A stretch of DNA of 64,000 bases, taken from contig CAWIHO010000062.1 of NCBI GenBank assembly GCA_963835605.1, positions 5,177 through 69,176 on the forward strand. Direction: 5' to 3'. The notes beneath the pieces were generated by a model. That model was given only the letters and a program-made list of their open reading frames with translations. It ran no database searches and was not told the origin of the DNA. The position numbers and the translations under genes are program-made. The DNA is from an uncultured delta proteobacterium. GTDB taxonomy: Bacteria > Desulfobacterota > Syntrophorhabdia > Syntrophorhabdales > WCHB1-27. Of this stretch, positions 11,329 to 20,750 are shown piece by piece; positions within the stretch are counted from its first letter, which is position 1; each line of letters starts with the position of its first letter.

Positions 11329-12165
11329 TCACGCCTTCATTACAGCATGCACGAGCGTAACAACTTTTCTTGCTTTTTTCACGTCGTGCACGCGTATGAT
11401 GTCAGCGCCATTCCAGAGTGAGAGCGCCAGGCTCGCAAGGGTTCCCTCGATCCTCTCATCAAGCTCAGGCGATCCTTCCAATTTTCCAATAAAACTCTTC
11501 ATGGAGGTGCCTATCAGGATAGGGTACCCGAGCTCTTTGAATTGGCGGAGCTCCTTGATGATCATCAGGTTGTCCTGAAGTCTTTTGCCAAAGCCGATCC
11601 CCGGATCGAGAATGATGTTTTGATCATCAATGCCGCACTGCCGCGCAAACTGTATCCTGTCGATGAAGAACTCCTTTATTTCCCGAATAACATCGTCATA
11701 CCGGGGAGTCACCTGCATCTCCTTTGGCATCCCCTTAGTATGCATGATGACAACGGGCACGCCTGACCGTGCCGCTACATCACCGATTCGGGGATCGAAG
11801 GTCAAGCCACTTACATCGTTGATCATGTCAGCACCGGCATCAATAGCCTCTTTGGCGACAGTTGCCTTGTACGTATCGACCGACAGAAAAAGAGCTGACC
11901 GCGCTCTGATGGCCTTGATCACAGGGATAACCCTGTGTAACTCCTCCTCGGTAGGCGTGACGTCGGAAAAGGGGCGCGTAGATTCTCCCCCCACGTCAAT
12001 TATATCGGCGCCTTCGTCAGCAAGGCGCAACGCGTGTTCTATGGCCACATCCGGCGGGTAAAACTTCCCCCCGTCATAAAAAGAATCAGGCGTGACGTTG
12101 AGGATGCCCATGATAAGGGGCTTATCCTCGAACCGCTGCCTCCACCCCATTCCTGAGTTCCTCAA
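11329..12165 (-). CDS. folP: Dihydropteroate synthase
   Basis: Contains GILNVTPDSFYDGG and a pterin-binding barrel. The start is ambiguous (12165, 12150 or 12111). Confidence 0.92.
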   Translation of the reverse strand: MRNSGMGWRQRFEDKPLIMGILNVTPDSFYDGGKFYPPDVAIEHALRLADEGADIIDVGGESTRPFSDVTPTEEELHRVIPVIKAIRARSALFLSVDTYKATVAKEAIDAGADMINDVSGLTFDPRIGDVAARSGVPVVIMHTKGMPKEMQVTPRYDDVIREIKEFFIDRIQFARQCGIDDQNIILDPGIGFGKRLQDNLMIIKELRQFKELGYPILIGTSMKSFIGKLEGSPELDERIEGTLASLALSLWNGADIIRVHDVKKARKVVTLVHAVMKA

Positions 12166-13957
12166 TAATCCTGTCTATTTCTTGCCCGTCGAGGACTTCT
12201 TTGTCAAGAAGGTTCTTGGCAATGGCATGCAGGACGTCGCTGTTGTCACGGAGAATTCGGCGGGCCCTGTCAAAGCAGTTCATGACAATCCTCTTCAGCT
12301 CTCCGTCTATGTCTTGGGCAGTCTCATCGCTGAAATCCCTCTGGCGCTGCATCTCCTTGCCCAGGAAGACAAGCTCCTCTTTTTTGCCATAGTTAAGAGG
12401 TCCGAGCTTCTCGCTCATGCCCCACTCACAGACCATTTTTCGGGCTATCTCCGTGGCCCTCTCAATGTCATTTCCCGCGCCGGTGGTCTGGTGGTTGAGC
12501 ACCAGCTCTTCCGCGGCCCTCCCCCCAAGAAGAATCGTAATGTTGTCCATCAAATATTCCCTCGGATAGGTGTGGCGCTCATCGATGGGGAGCTGCTGCG
12601 TGATGCCGAGCGCCCTCCCACGGGGGATAATGGTCACCTTGTGTATCGGATCGGAACCGGGGATCATCCTGGCAACGAGCGCATGGCCGGCTTCGTGGTA
12701 GGCTGCATTCCGGCGCTCCTCGTAAGGGATGATCATGCTCTTGCGCTCCACGCCCATCAGTACCTTGTCCTTCGCTTCTTCAAGGTCGGAGATCTCGATC
12801 TCCTTCTTATTTTTTCTCGCAGCCAGGAGCGCTGCCTCGTTCACCAGGTTGGCAAGATCAGCACCGGAGAAGCCCGGTGTGCCACGCGCCACGATAGACA
12901 GATCGACAGCCCTCGATAGGACGGTCTTCTTCGTATGTACGCCAAGAATGGCCTCTCTTCCTTTGACGTCCGGAATCGCGACGACAATCTGCCGGTCGAA
13001 CCTGCCCGGCCTCAGAAGCGCTGGATCAAGCACATCAGGCCTGTTGGTTGCGGCTACAATAATGACACCCTCGTTCGATTCAAACCCATCCATCTCGACG
13101 AGCAGCTGGTTGAGCGTCTGCTCCCGCTCGTCATGGCCTCCGCCGAGACCGGCCCCTCTGTGCCGGCCCACCGCGTCTATCTCATCTATGAATATGATGC
13201 AGGGTGCATTCTTCTTGCCCTGGTTAAACAGGTCCCTCACGCGCGACGCGCCAACCCCGACAAACATCTCCACAAAGTCTGAGCCGCTTATGCTGAAGAA
13301 GGGCACATCCGCCTCTCCCGCAATGGCACGCGCCAGTAATGTTTTCCCGGTCCCGGGCTGTCCCACGAGGAGCACGCCTTTCGGTATGCGACCGCCCAGT
13401 TTGGTGAACTTCTTTGGGTCGCGCAAAAACTCGATGATCTCTTCCAGCTCAACCTTTGCCTCCTCGATGCCCGCCACGTCCTGGAAGGTGACTTTATTCT
13501 CTCTGGCGTTGACTATCCGCGCCTTGCTCTTGCCGAAGGCCAACGCCTTGCCTCCTCCTGCCTGCATCTGCCTCATGAAAAAAATCCACACGGCAATGAG
13601 AAGCAGCATGGGAAACCAGGAGACAAGGATCGATTGCCACATGCCTGAGTCTTCGTCCGGCTTGGCCTGGATCCTCACTCCAGCGTCCCTCAAGGTTTTG
13701 ACGAGCTCAGGATCATCAGGGGCGTAGCTCTTGAACTCACCACCGTCTTTGAAGACCCCTGTGATGTTTTTCCCCTGCATGACCACGGAGGCCACCCGGC
13801 CCGAGCTGACGGCCTCGACAAAGTCACTGAACATCACGTTCTCATAGTGTCTCTTCGGCTTGTGATAAATGTTAAAAAGGAACAGAACGATGAGGATAAT
13901 GAAGAGCCAGACAAATATGCCCTTGTTCAAGGGGTTCAGGTTTTTGTTTTTGATCAT
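12122..13957 (-). CDS. ftsH: ATP-dependent zinc metalloprotease FtsH
   Basis: 611 aa. Walker [15 protein letters not shown] region, and zinc motif HEAGHAL. Confidence 0.97.
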   Translation of the reverse strand: MIKNKNLNPLNKGIFVWLFIILIVLFLFNIYHKPKRHYENVMFSDFVEAVSSGRVASVVMQGKNITGVFKDGGEFKSYAPDDPELVKTLRDAGVRIQAKPDEDSGMWQSILVSWFPMLLLIAVWIFFMRQMQAGGGKALAFGKSKARIVNARENKVTFQDVAGIEEAKVELEEIIEFLRDPKKFTKLGGRIPKGVLLVGQPGTGKTLLARAIAGEADVPFFSISGSDFVEMFVGVGASRVRDLFNQGKKNAPCIIFIDEIDAVGRHRGAGLGGGHDEREQTLNQLLVEMDGFESNEGVIIVAATNRPDVLDPALLRPGRFDRQIVVAIPDVKGREAILGVHTKKTVLSRAVDLSIVARGTPGFSGADLANLVNEAALLAARKNKKEIEISDLEEAKDKVLMGVERKSMIIPYEERRNAAYHEAGHALVARMIPGSDPIHKVTIIPRGRALGITQQLPIDERHTYPREYLMDNITILLGGRAAEELVLNHQTTGAGNDIERATEIARKMVCEWGMSEKLGPLNYGKKEELVFLGKEMQRQRDFSDETAQDIDGELKRIVMNCFDRARRILRDNSDVLHAIAKNLLDKEVLDGQEIDRIIEELRNGVEAAVRG

Positions 13958-14028
13958 GGCTCTAGTTGTAACACAATAACTCCTTTTGTTTTCAACATGG
14001 TTGATACTAGTTTGCCTTCATTCATATA

Positions 14029-14128
14029 GCTTCGTTACCTGCGTCGGCACGACTCCGACGTACTATCAGTACGCCTCCGTCGCTATCTTTGTGGTCGCCT
14101 TGCTCTATTTTTGAATGCGAACTGGTAT
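14029..14128 (+). repeat. Dispersed intergenic repeat, family 1, copy A (short, diverged)
   Basis: Shares CTTCGTT..TGCGTCG..CGACGTACTAT(C)AGTACGCCT..GTCGC..TTGAATGC.AA..GGTAT with the copies at 52816-52950 and 53411-53555. Confidence 0.65.
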
Positions 14129-14195
14129 GATCCCTACTACAGCAAAAAGCGTGCCGAGAGAAGAGAGAATAGAGTTGCTTTTGGCGGGCACGTCC

Positions 14196-14233
14196 AATAA
14201 GGAACGGGGGCCTAAAGGCCCCCGTTCCTTATT
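14196..14233 (-). terminator. Perfect 17-bp hairpin just 3' of the barrel gene
   Basis: AATAAGGAACGGGGGCC-TAAA-GGCCCCCGTTCCTTATT, located 16 nt downstream of the stop at 14249. Confidence 0.6.
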
Positions 14234-14248
14234 CGTTGATTACCTTTC

Positions 14249-16448
14249 CTAGAACTTGTACATCGCCTTGAGAAAGAAGATGTTTGCGTTGTAGTTCTGG
14301 TCAGTGTAGGCGCCGGTGAGGTAAGTGTTGGCCGTGCCCGTGACCGGCATAACGTACTGGTAGCCATTTAATCTGGCCGTCGTTAGATCTGAACTGGCTG
14401 TAAACATAGCCCAACATGAGACCGAACTGCTTCGTGACATCGTACTTAAAGCGTGCGGAGATTGACTGCCTCGTATAGTCATCATACGGGTTGATGTTCA
14501 GGAGGTTGGGATTCAAGGCGATTGCTGAGTTCGGGTTCGTGCTCAGGAACTGTGAGGTGAAGTCAGCGGTGCCGTTGTTCTTCTCGAAGTCGTACTGCAC
14601 GACGAAAGAGAGCTTATTCTTTATGATCGGGATTGTGCTTCCCAGACCGTATGCATAGTTGTTGTTCTTCATATCCGTGCGCCAATTGAAGGAAGTGGAA
14701 GTGACCACGCCCGAATTGGGGGCCGAGTTGCCGGCGGTGAACTGTCTCGTCTGCTGATCTGTCCAAGACAGGTCATAGTCGAAGAAGGCGAAGAACTTAA
14801 TGGCCTTCCAGTCGTACGACCCATCGACGATGAACTCATGCTGCTGTGCCTTATAGAAGCCGAGGACCTGCTTATCGTACGTATCGTGTTTAAAGGCATA
14901 CTCCATCGTGACATCAAGGTTGTCCACGGGCGTCAGGTCTACCGAACCCTTGAACATGTCCTGGGTCTTGTTGGCCTCATAGTACGGACGCAAGTAGTTG
15001 CCGAGCACGCCGTTTGCAGTGCTGCTGTCGGAACTCGTTGGATTCAGACCCCCTGCCATATTGAACGTGGCGCCCCTGTAAAGCTTCTGGTATTTGAGCC
15101 GGGCGCCCAGCCAATCGAGCGGGTTGTAGACCAATTGCGCCGTGATCTTGTTGTCCCACGTGTCAGGGATCCTCATATCAGGTACCTGTATGGCCGAGGA
15201 TGCCTCGGATGCCTCTTCACCAGCGGTTTCGCGGTTCCGGCGCTGTAAATCGCTGAATTCATATCCCAGAATACCTTTCAAATTCTTCATGAACCGGTAG
15301 GCAGCCTCTGCGCCGATTGTAGTCCTCTGGAAGTCGAAGGCCTCGCTCGAATATAGGTTGCCGGATGAGTCGCGGAAGGTGACCACGTCCGACTGGTTCT
15401 TCTTGTCGAAATAGTTGTAGTAGAGCTTCGTGGTCAGGTTTTTCCATGGGTTGGATGTGAGATTCGCCGCTATGTTCCAGTATTGCACGTCGCCGTGGAA
15501 CGTGTTACCGCCGATGGGCCGCACTGATCCTACTACCCCAGGGACAGTAAAATTGGAATAGGAATTCAGCAGGTTCGTCTCGGACGTGTTCTCATTGAAA
15601 CTGGTTGTCAGCGCGAAGGTAGATGAAAGGGGAAGCTTTGCCGTGCCGGTGAACTTGACGTAGTAGGACTTGTTGTCAGGCGCACCGGGGATTGTGTTCG
15701 TGGCGAAGGGGGTGGACGGTACTGTAAATTGGGTGTTCTCGGCGCCGTTGGAATATTTGCTGTATCCACCGGTCAGGGCCCCATAAAACTGCTTCGATTT
15801 CCAACCGAAGGTCCCGTTGAAATTGGTCGTGGTATCGTCGATGGGAAGGGGGAACTCTACGGCGTTTGAGTGGAGCTAGGCCACCCGGCGCTGGGGCGCA
15901 GCCCAAGGCATCTGTCCTTCCCTCTTGACCCTGTTGGCATCAACACTGATAAAGAAGGGCGAGATCATGGTCAGATCGAACGTACCGCCCATGTCCCTCC
16001 GGGTATACTTATAATCGAACGATGTGCTGGGCCATTGGTTTGAATTTCGAGGGACAGTTGTTGAGGGGAGGACCAGTGTCTGCGAGCCCGGTGTCGTGTA
16101 GATCGTCCGGTCCTCGAAGGACAGGTTATGGGGAAACTCTGTATAATAGAGTGAGTACTTGTAATCTCCCCACTTCCCTCCTTTCGCCTTGAGATACATA
16201 TCGTCCTCGCCAAGGTAGGCGCCCTCGGCCCTGAAGTAATACCGGTCCTTATCGTAGACCACATTGCCGCCCCCGAAGAGACCGGGGGTGATCTCGTTGT
16301 ACTGGTTGAAATTCGCACTCTGATGGTTGAGACTGAGCGCCCGGCCGCCGAGGAAGACGCCGCCCGAGAACGGGCCATTATCCTCCGCATACGCGTACGA
16401 GAGGAGAAGCAAGCTGCATATACATGCAAATATGAGTTTTCTTTTCAT
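14249..16448 (-). pseudogene. MtrB/PioB-family outer-membrane beta-barrel, interrupted as assembled by an in-frame TAG and one frameshift
   Basis: - The 190-aa ORF (signal peptide MKRKLIFACICSLLLLSYAYA) and the 407-aa ORF are in the same frame (16448 minus 15524 = 924 nt).
- They are separated only by TAG at 15876-15878. My translation of the 117 codons between them has no other stop.
- A third frame supplies the canonical barrel C-terminus ...NANIFFLKAMYKF. Confidence 0.7.
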
Positions 16449-16457
16449 GTCATCCCC

Positions 16458-17466
16458 CTATCGTAAAAAGTCATTGCCGGTACCGCCAGCGAGCGGACCG
16501 CTCGTTGGGCCGTTCATAGCATTGCTGCCGTGAATGGCTGAATGGCAGTTGAGACAGGCGCGGCCGAAAGACTTGTTGCTCGGCGTGCCGCCGATCCGTG
16601 AGCCCGTGAAGAGGGTCTCCGCGCTGTACCGGGTGCCTGGATGGCTATAGCTGTCGTGGCAGCCCTGGCACAGATTCGGGACCTTCTCAACCAGCAGCTT
16701 CATCGTGAACGGTGCCGTGGGGCGTGTGACATGCGGTGCAGTTCTCTTCGACCGGCGGATGCTCGTTCATGTAAGGGCCTCTCTTTTCCGCGTGGCACTT
16801 GTAACAGAGTTGGTTGACGCTGTCTGCCTTGATCTGCGAGGGGCCCATGGAGCCGTGGGGCTGGTGGCAGTTTGAGCACGTGATCCTGCCTTCGACGATG
16901 GGGTGATGAGAGCGCCGGTTGATCTGGGCCTTGATATCCAGATGGCACTTGCCGCAGGTCGCGTACTCAGGGCCGGGCAAATAGCCCAGGGGGGCGAGGC
17001 CGGTGCCGTAGCCCATAGCGACTTTGGGGCCGCTGTGGATCGAGTGGCAGTCACTGCATGCCACGTCCTTCTTCTTGTGAATACCCGAATCCCATAGGGC
17101 GAGCTGCGTGCTGTTCTCGTGGCAACTGAGACAGACCGCGGATTTCATATCGGACGACCCCTTCTTCGAGAAGGTAATCAGTCCTCCCACGCCCTTGCCG
17201 CCGCCGTTGTCCACGTGCAAAGACCCTGGCCCGTGACACGATTCGCAGCCCTCCCTGTTAGCAGGATTGCCCGGTACGACCTTCTTGCCGTGAACGGACT
17301 GCGTATACTGTTTGAAGCGATCTTCGTGGCACCCCTTGCACGCATCATCGCCAACATAGGTTGCGCCTCCGCTCTTTGCCTGTGCCAAAGCAGCTGCAGG
17401 CGACATCAACAAAAAACAGAGCAGCAGAAGCAGAACAGATCCGGAGAAGAAAAAAACCTTTTTCAT
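16458..17466 (-). pseudogene. MtrA/DmsE/PioA-like periplasmic decahaem cytochrome c, one frameshift near 16700 as assembled
   Basis: Eight CXXCH motifs in ORF 16687-17508 plus two in ORF 16458-16703 make ten. Signal peptide MKKVFFFSGSVLLLLLCFLLMSPAAALA, with AAGGGGG upstream of ATG 17466. The gene lies 10 nt upstream of the barrel gene. Confidence 0.75.
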
Positions 17467-17550
17467 ACCGCACCCCCTTATCACCATCATTGAGAAGACC
17501 ACCCTCAAAAAGCAATCTCGCTTACGTTCCTATCCTCCCTACGCAGGATC

Positions 17551-17587
17551 GTTCACAAGGTTCACATTAAATTTCACGATGTTCACA
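17551..17587. promoter_or_regulatory. Four phased (G/T)TTCAC(A) direct repeats upstream of the decahaem gene
   Basis: GTTCACA at 17551, 17560 and 17581, and TTTCAC at 17572. Spacing is 9-11 bp. The array sits 85-120 nt upstream of ATG 17466 in a 460-bp AT-rich divergent intergenic region. Confidence 0.4.
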
Positions 17588-17970
17588 ATAAATTTTTTTA
17601 ATTTTCTTGTCAAGAATTTTTTTTTCTATTTGTACAATTTCAACTCACACAATGTCCAAAAAGACATGTAAAAATAAAGCCTTACGCGACGAAAAAAATA
17701 TTGATAAAACCCGTAAATTCGGGTTTGTTGCGACAACTGAGCCATGAGGAGCATAGACAGTTGAACGAGGGATTATCTTCCTCCCCTCCAACAAAGAACC
17801 CTAGCTGGCTAAGGTATACTGTTGTGAACAATTTCCCATGCCCTTAGCCAAGTGTGCGTGTATACGCAAAATGTGCTATAATTTAGCGTATGTTACAGTA
17901 ATGGGACCTGGTATTGACCTTGTCAAGATTGAGCGGCAAAAAAAATTAAAAAAATTTTAAGGTTGTCATT

Positions 17971-18834
17971 GTGACTCGCGAGGGAACGGTCTCTGCTGCG
18001 GAACCAAAAAGGATCCTTGGACTTATTGCTTCTTCACGAAGGCTTGGCAATTGCGAAGTCTTCATAAAGGAAATATGGCGCCACGTGCCTGTTGACTCTA
18101 CACTCAGCCTTATACGGCTCCCGGTTCTGGACATCAAACCGTGCCGGGCCTGCTACGCATGTATCATGGGCGAGTCCTGCCCAATCGCAGATCACATGGG
18201 CTTCTTGAGAGATCAGATCGTCCAGTGCGATGCCCTGTTAATTGCGGCTCCCGTGTACTTCCTTGGTGCTCACAGCATCATCAAGCGCATTCTTGACAGA
18301 GGCTTTCTTTTTTACGCAGATGCACAGCGGAATGAGCACAAACCCTGCATCCTTGTCAACCTTTACGGAATAGAAGAAAAGATGGGTGTCGCCTCCCAGA
18401 CGCTGCGCGCCCTCGCCGGCGTTCTTTGCCTTGCCGTAAAAGCAAGCGTCAGTCTGAAGGCGGCCTTGCCGGGAGAGGTCGTTTCTAACCAGCGGAATAT
18501 CGACCTGGCAAAAAAACTTGGAGAACTCATCTTTTCTGACAAGGCTACAAACACCCGCACGGGATGCCCGTATTGCGGGTGCGAGATCGTGCGCTTACAC
18601 GGCGGGCAATTGATCTGCACCCTGTGCCACGGCAGCTTCACGCTTGACACCAGGGGCAAGCCGGTTAGAAGAAAGGCGGGATGGGAGATCGGCACGGTGA
18701 ACTTTGTCCGCGAGCATAGTGCATGGCTCAAGGGTATGAGAGACAAGTACATGGCCAACCGGAAGGAATTGCTGCGCCTAAGCCTGCCGTATAAAGACGT
18801 CGGAACCTGGATAGAACCACCCGAAAAGCAGTGA
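17971..18834 (+). CDS. Iron-sulfur flavoprotein (Isf-like, NADPH-dependent FMN reductase fold) with a C-terminal zinc-ribbon extension
   Basis: Contains ILGLIASSRRLGNCE and the compact motif CRACYACIMGESC (Cx2Cx2Cx5C). The C-terminal part carries CPYCGC...CTLCHG. GTG start. Confidence 0.7.
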   Translation: MTREGTVSAAEPKRILGLIASSRRLGNCEVFIKEIWRHVPVDSTLSLIRLPVLDIKPCRACYACIMGESCPIADHMGFLRDQIVQCDALLIAAPVYFLGAHSIIKRILDRGFLFYADAQRNEHKPCILVNLYGIEEKMGVASQTLRALAGVLCLAVKASVSLKAALPGEVVSNQRNIDLAKKLGELIFSDKATNTRTGCPYCGCEIVRLHGGQLICTLCHGSFTLDTRGKPVRRKAGWEIGTVNFVREHSAWLKGMRDKYMANRKELLRLSLPYKDVGTWIEPPEKQ

Positions 18835-18899
18835 TCAGTTACCGGTGATCGGTGATCAGTGTTTAGTGCAAAGCACAGCCAGGGCCGCAACCAAAACAA

Positions 18900-19214
18900 T
18901 ACCTCACGCCCACTCGCTACGCTCGCTCGAGGCCGCAGAGCCGCAGAGGAGAAGCCCGCAGAGAGTCTATTCTGTGCCCTGATGTGAGAGAGAACATCAC
19001 ATCAGGGCAACTCGCGTCGCTCCGCGAGGTAACTCCCCCTCTGTGTCTTCATATACCGGGTGGAATTTCGATGGATACCGAGGCGAGCCGAGGCCTGGGA
19101 TACGTAGGCGTACCTCACGGTACGTCGCGGAACCAGTTGTTCTCGGGGTACCGGGCGCTCCCAGATCTCTTCCCGGGTCGCCGCAACGAAGGCAGGCGCG
19201 AAAGGCCGCCGGCA
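18900..19214 (-). repeat. Dispersed intergenic repeat, family 1, copy E (diverged, with an inserted hairpin)
   Basis: GATACCGAGGCGAGCCGAGGCCTGGGATACGTAGGCGTACCTCACGGTACGTCGCGG parallels GAGACCGAGGCGGCAGCGAGGAGCCTAGGCAGGCGTACTAGGTGTACGCCGACGACGG in copy D. Confidence 0.5.
18976..19008. terminator. 12-bp hairpin between convergent genes (no U-tract)
   Basis: GCCCTGATGTGA-(9 nt)-TCACATCAGGGC, between the Isf-like gene (+) and the 15-haem gene (-). Confidence 0.3.
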
Positions 19215-20750
19215 TTAGAGTTTCATGTCGGGGTGGCACTCTTTGCAGCCAGCCTTGATAAACCCGCCCATCCTGTGCAGTTTGGGATCATGGCATTTAG
19301 TGCACTCTGTGCCCATCTCCACGTGCATGCCGTGGTTAAACTTCGCGTTGACGGCCTTTATATAAATCTCCTTCTCGGGCTTATACGTGTCATGGCAGAA
19401 CATGCAGCTGCCATCCGGCTTGGCTAGAGCATCGGGCACCGTGACCTTCTGGGCAATCCCTATTTTCTTGTAGCCTTGCTGCACGGAGGCTAGGATATTC
19501 TTACCGATCTCAACGGCGTACTGAATGTTGTGCTCACCTCTCCCATCTTTCAGGAAGTTCATGTTGTACTCGATATCATCCAGGTCGGGCGGGCGGGCCT
19601 TGGCGCCTTTCCGCTGCTCCACCGTCTTCCTATACTCATCGACTGTCTTCTGCAGAGCACCGGTGAACGCCGTCATGCCCTTTTTCCAATCCTCGGCCAT
19701 CTTTTCGTAGCCTTCTTTATGACAGATTACACAGGCCTGTTTCTTGGCCTCCCAGGTCCTTGCACCCACATCCTTGCCGTGAATGGCCTTCTCCAGGGTA
19801 TGGCACCCCGTGCAGCGTATCTTTGAGACATACATACCTGAAGGCATATCTTTCACGCCCCTTGCGCCGATGCCCATATACATGTCGCGTGTATCACTGT
19901 GCGAACTACCGTGACATTCCCCGCAGGCCAGCTCGATGGCCCGAGAAAACCTGGTGGTCTCCCTGGCATGCTCAATCGTGCCGTGACAGTTGAAACAGGT
20001 GATGTAGCCTTTCTTGATGTGTATCTCGTGGAGCCTCGTGACGTCCTTGCTCTCTACCTGTCTCTCCACGTGGCACCCGCTGCAGCGTTCATCGGGTACC
20101 TCACCGGTACCTTTCACCGTCTGGCTGTGGCACTCGATACAGCGTGAACCCGTTTTCATGAAGGACTCGTGAGAAAAAGTCACTTCGCCGATTTTCACAT
20201 CCTTCCTCTTCTCCCCGTGGCAGACCGTGCAGTTCTGATTGTAATAGGCCGGCGTCACAAAAAAGTGGCACAGCATGCAGACGTTCTGGTCCACCTCCAT
20301 GTGCGATTTGCTCTGGACCAGAGCATAATGGCAGCTCGTGCAGTGCAACGCCTTGCCCCTCTTCACGTTCTTTATGTGTTCAAGGTGGTTGAAGGGTGTC
20401 TCCTTGAAGCTTACGACCTTGATGGTGTCCGGTCTGTGGCACAGGATGCATTCCTTATCCTCCACGTGAGACTTCAGAGGAAGTTGATAAGCCCCCGAAA
20501 GGTAACGCGCCGTTGAAAAAATGATCGTCGAAGGGCGATACGGATGGCAGTCGACGCAGCTCACCTTGTTGTGGGCCGATGCTTTCCAGTTGTCATAGAA
20601 GGGCTTCATGATGTGACAAACGAGGCAGGCCTCCGGCTTGTACGTAAGGCTGTACGCAAGCAGATTAATGCCGATATAGCCCAGTACGACAACGATGGCC
20701 AGTGTGAATAAGAGGCGCTTCTTTCTCTTTACGAACTTACCGATCGCCAA
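19215..20750 (-). CDS. Membrane-anchored 15-haem cytochrome c with a NapC/NirT-like N-terminal module
   Basis: 511 aa. N-terminal TM helix, then CLVCH...SAHNKVSCVDCH (the NapC/NirT pattern). I counted 15 CXXCH motifs. Confidence 0.8.
   Translation of the reverse strand: MAIGKFVKRKKRLLFTLAIVVVLGYIGINLLAYSLTYKPEACLVCHIMKPFYDNWKASAHNKVSCVDCHPYRPSTIIFSTARYLSGAYQLPLKSHVEDKECILCHRPDTIKVVSFKETPFNHLEHIKNVKRGKALHCTSCHYALVQSKSHMEVDQNVCMLCHFFVTPAYYNQNCTVCHGEKRKDVKIGEVTFSHESFMKTGSRCIECHSQTVKGTGEVPDERCSGCHVERQVESKDVTRLHEIHIKKGYITCFNCHGTIEHARETTRFSRAIELACGECHGSSHSDTRDMYMGIGARGVKDMPSGMYVSKIRCTGCHTLEKAIHGKDVGARTWEAKKQACVICHKEGYEKMAEDWKKGMTAFTGALQKTVDEYRKTVEQRKGAKARPPDLDDIEYNMNFLKDGRGEHNIQYAVEIGKNILASVQQGYKKIGIAQKVTVPDALAKPDGSCMFCHDTYKPEKEIYIKAVNAKFNHGMHVEMGTECTKCHDPKLHRMGGFIKAGCKECHPDMKL

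Noticed and set aside
15876-15878. The in-frame TAG might be a pyrrolysine or programmed-recoding site.
   Set aside because: No pyl genes or recoding signals are visible in the window, and the same gene also carries a frameshift. A mutation or base-call error is the simpler explanation.
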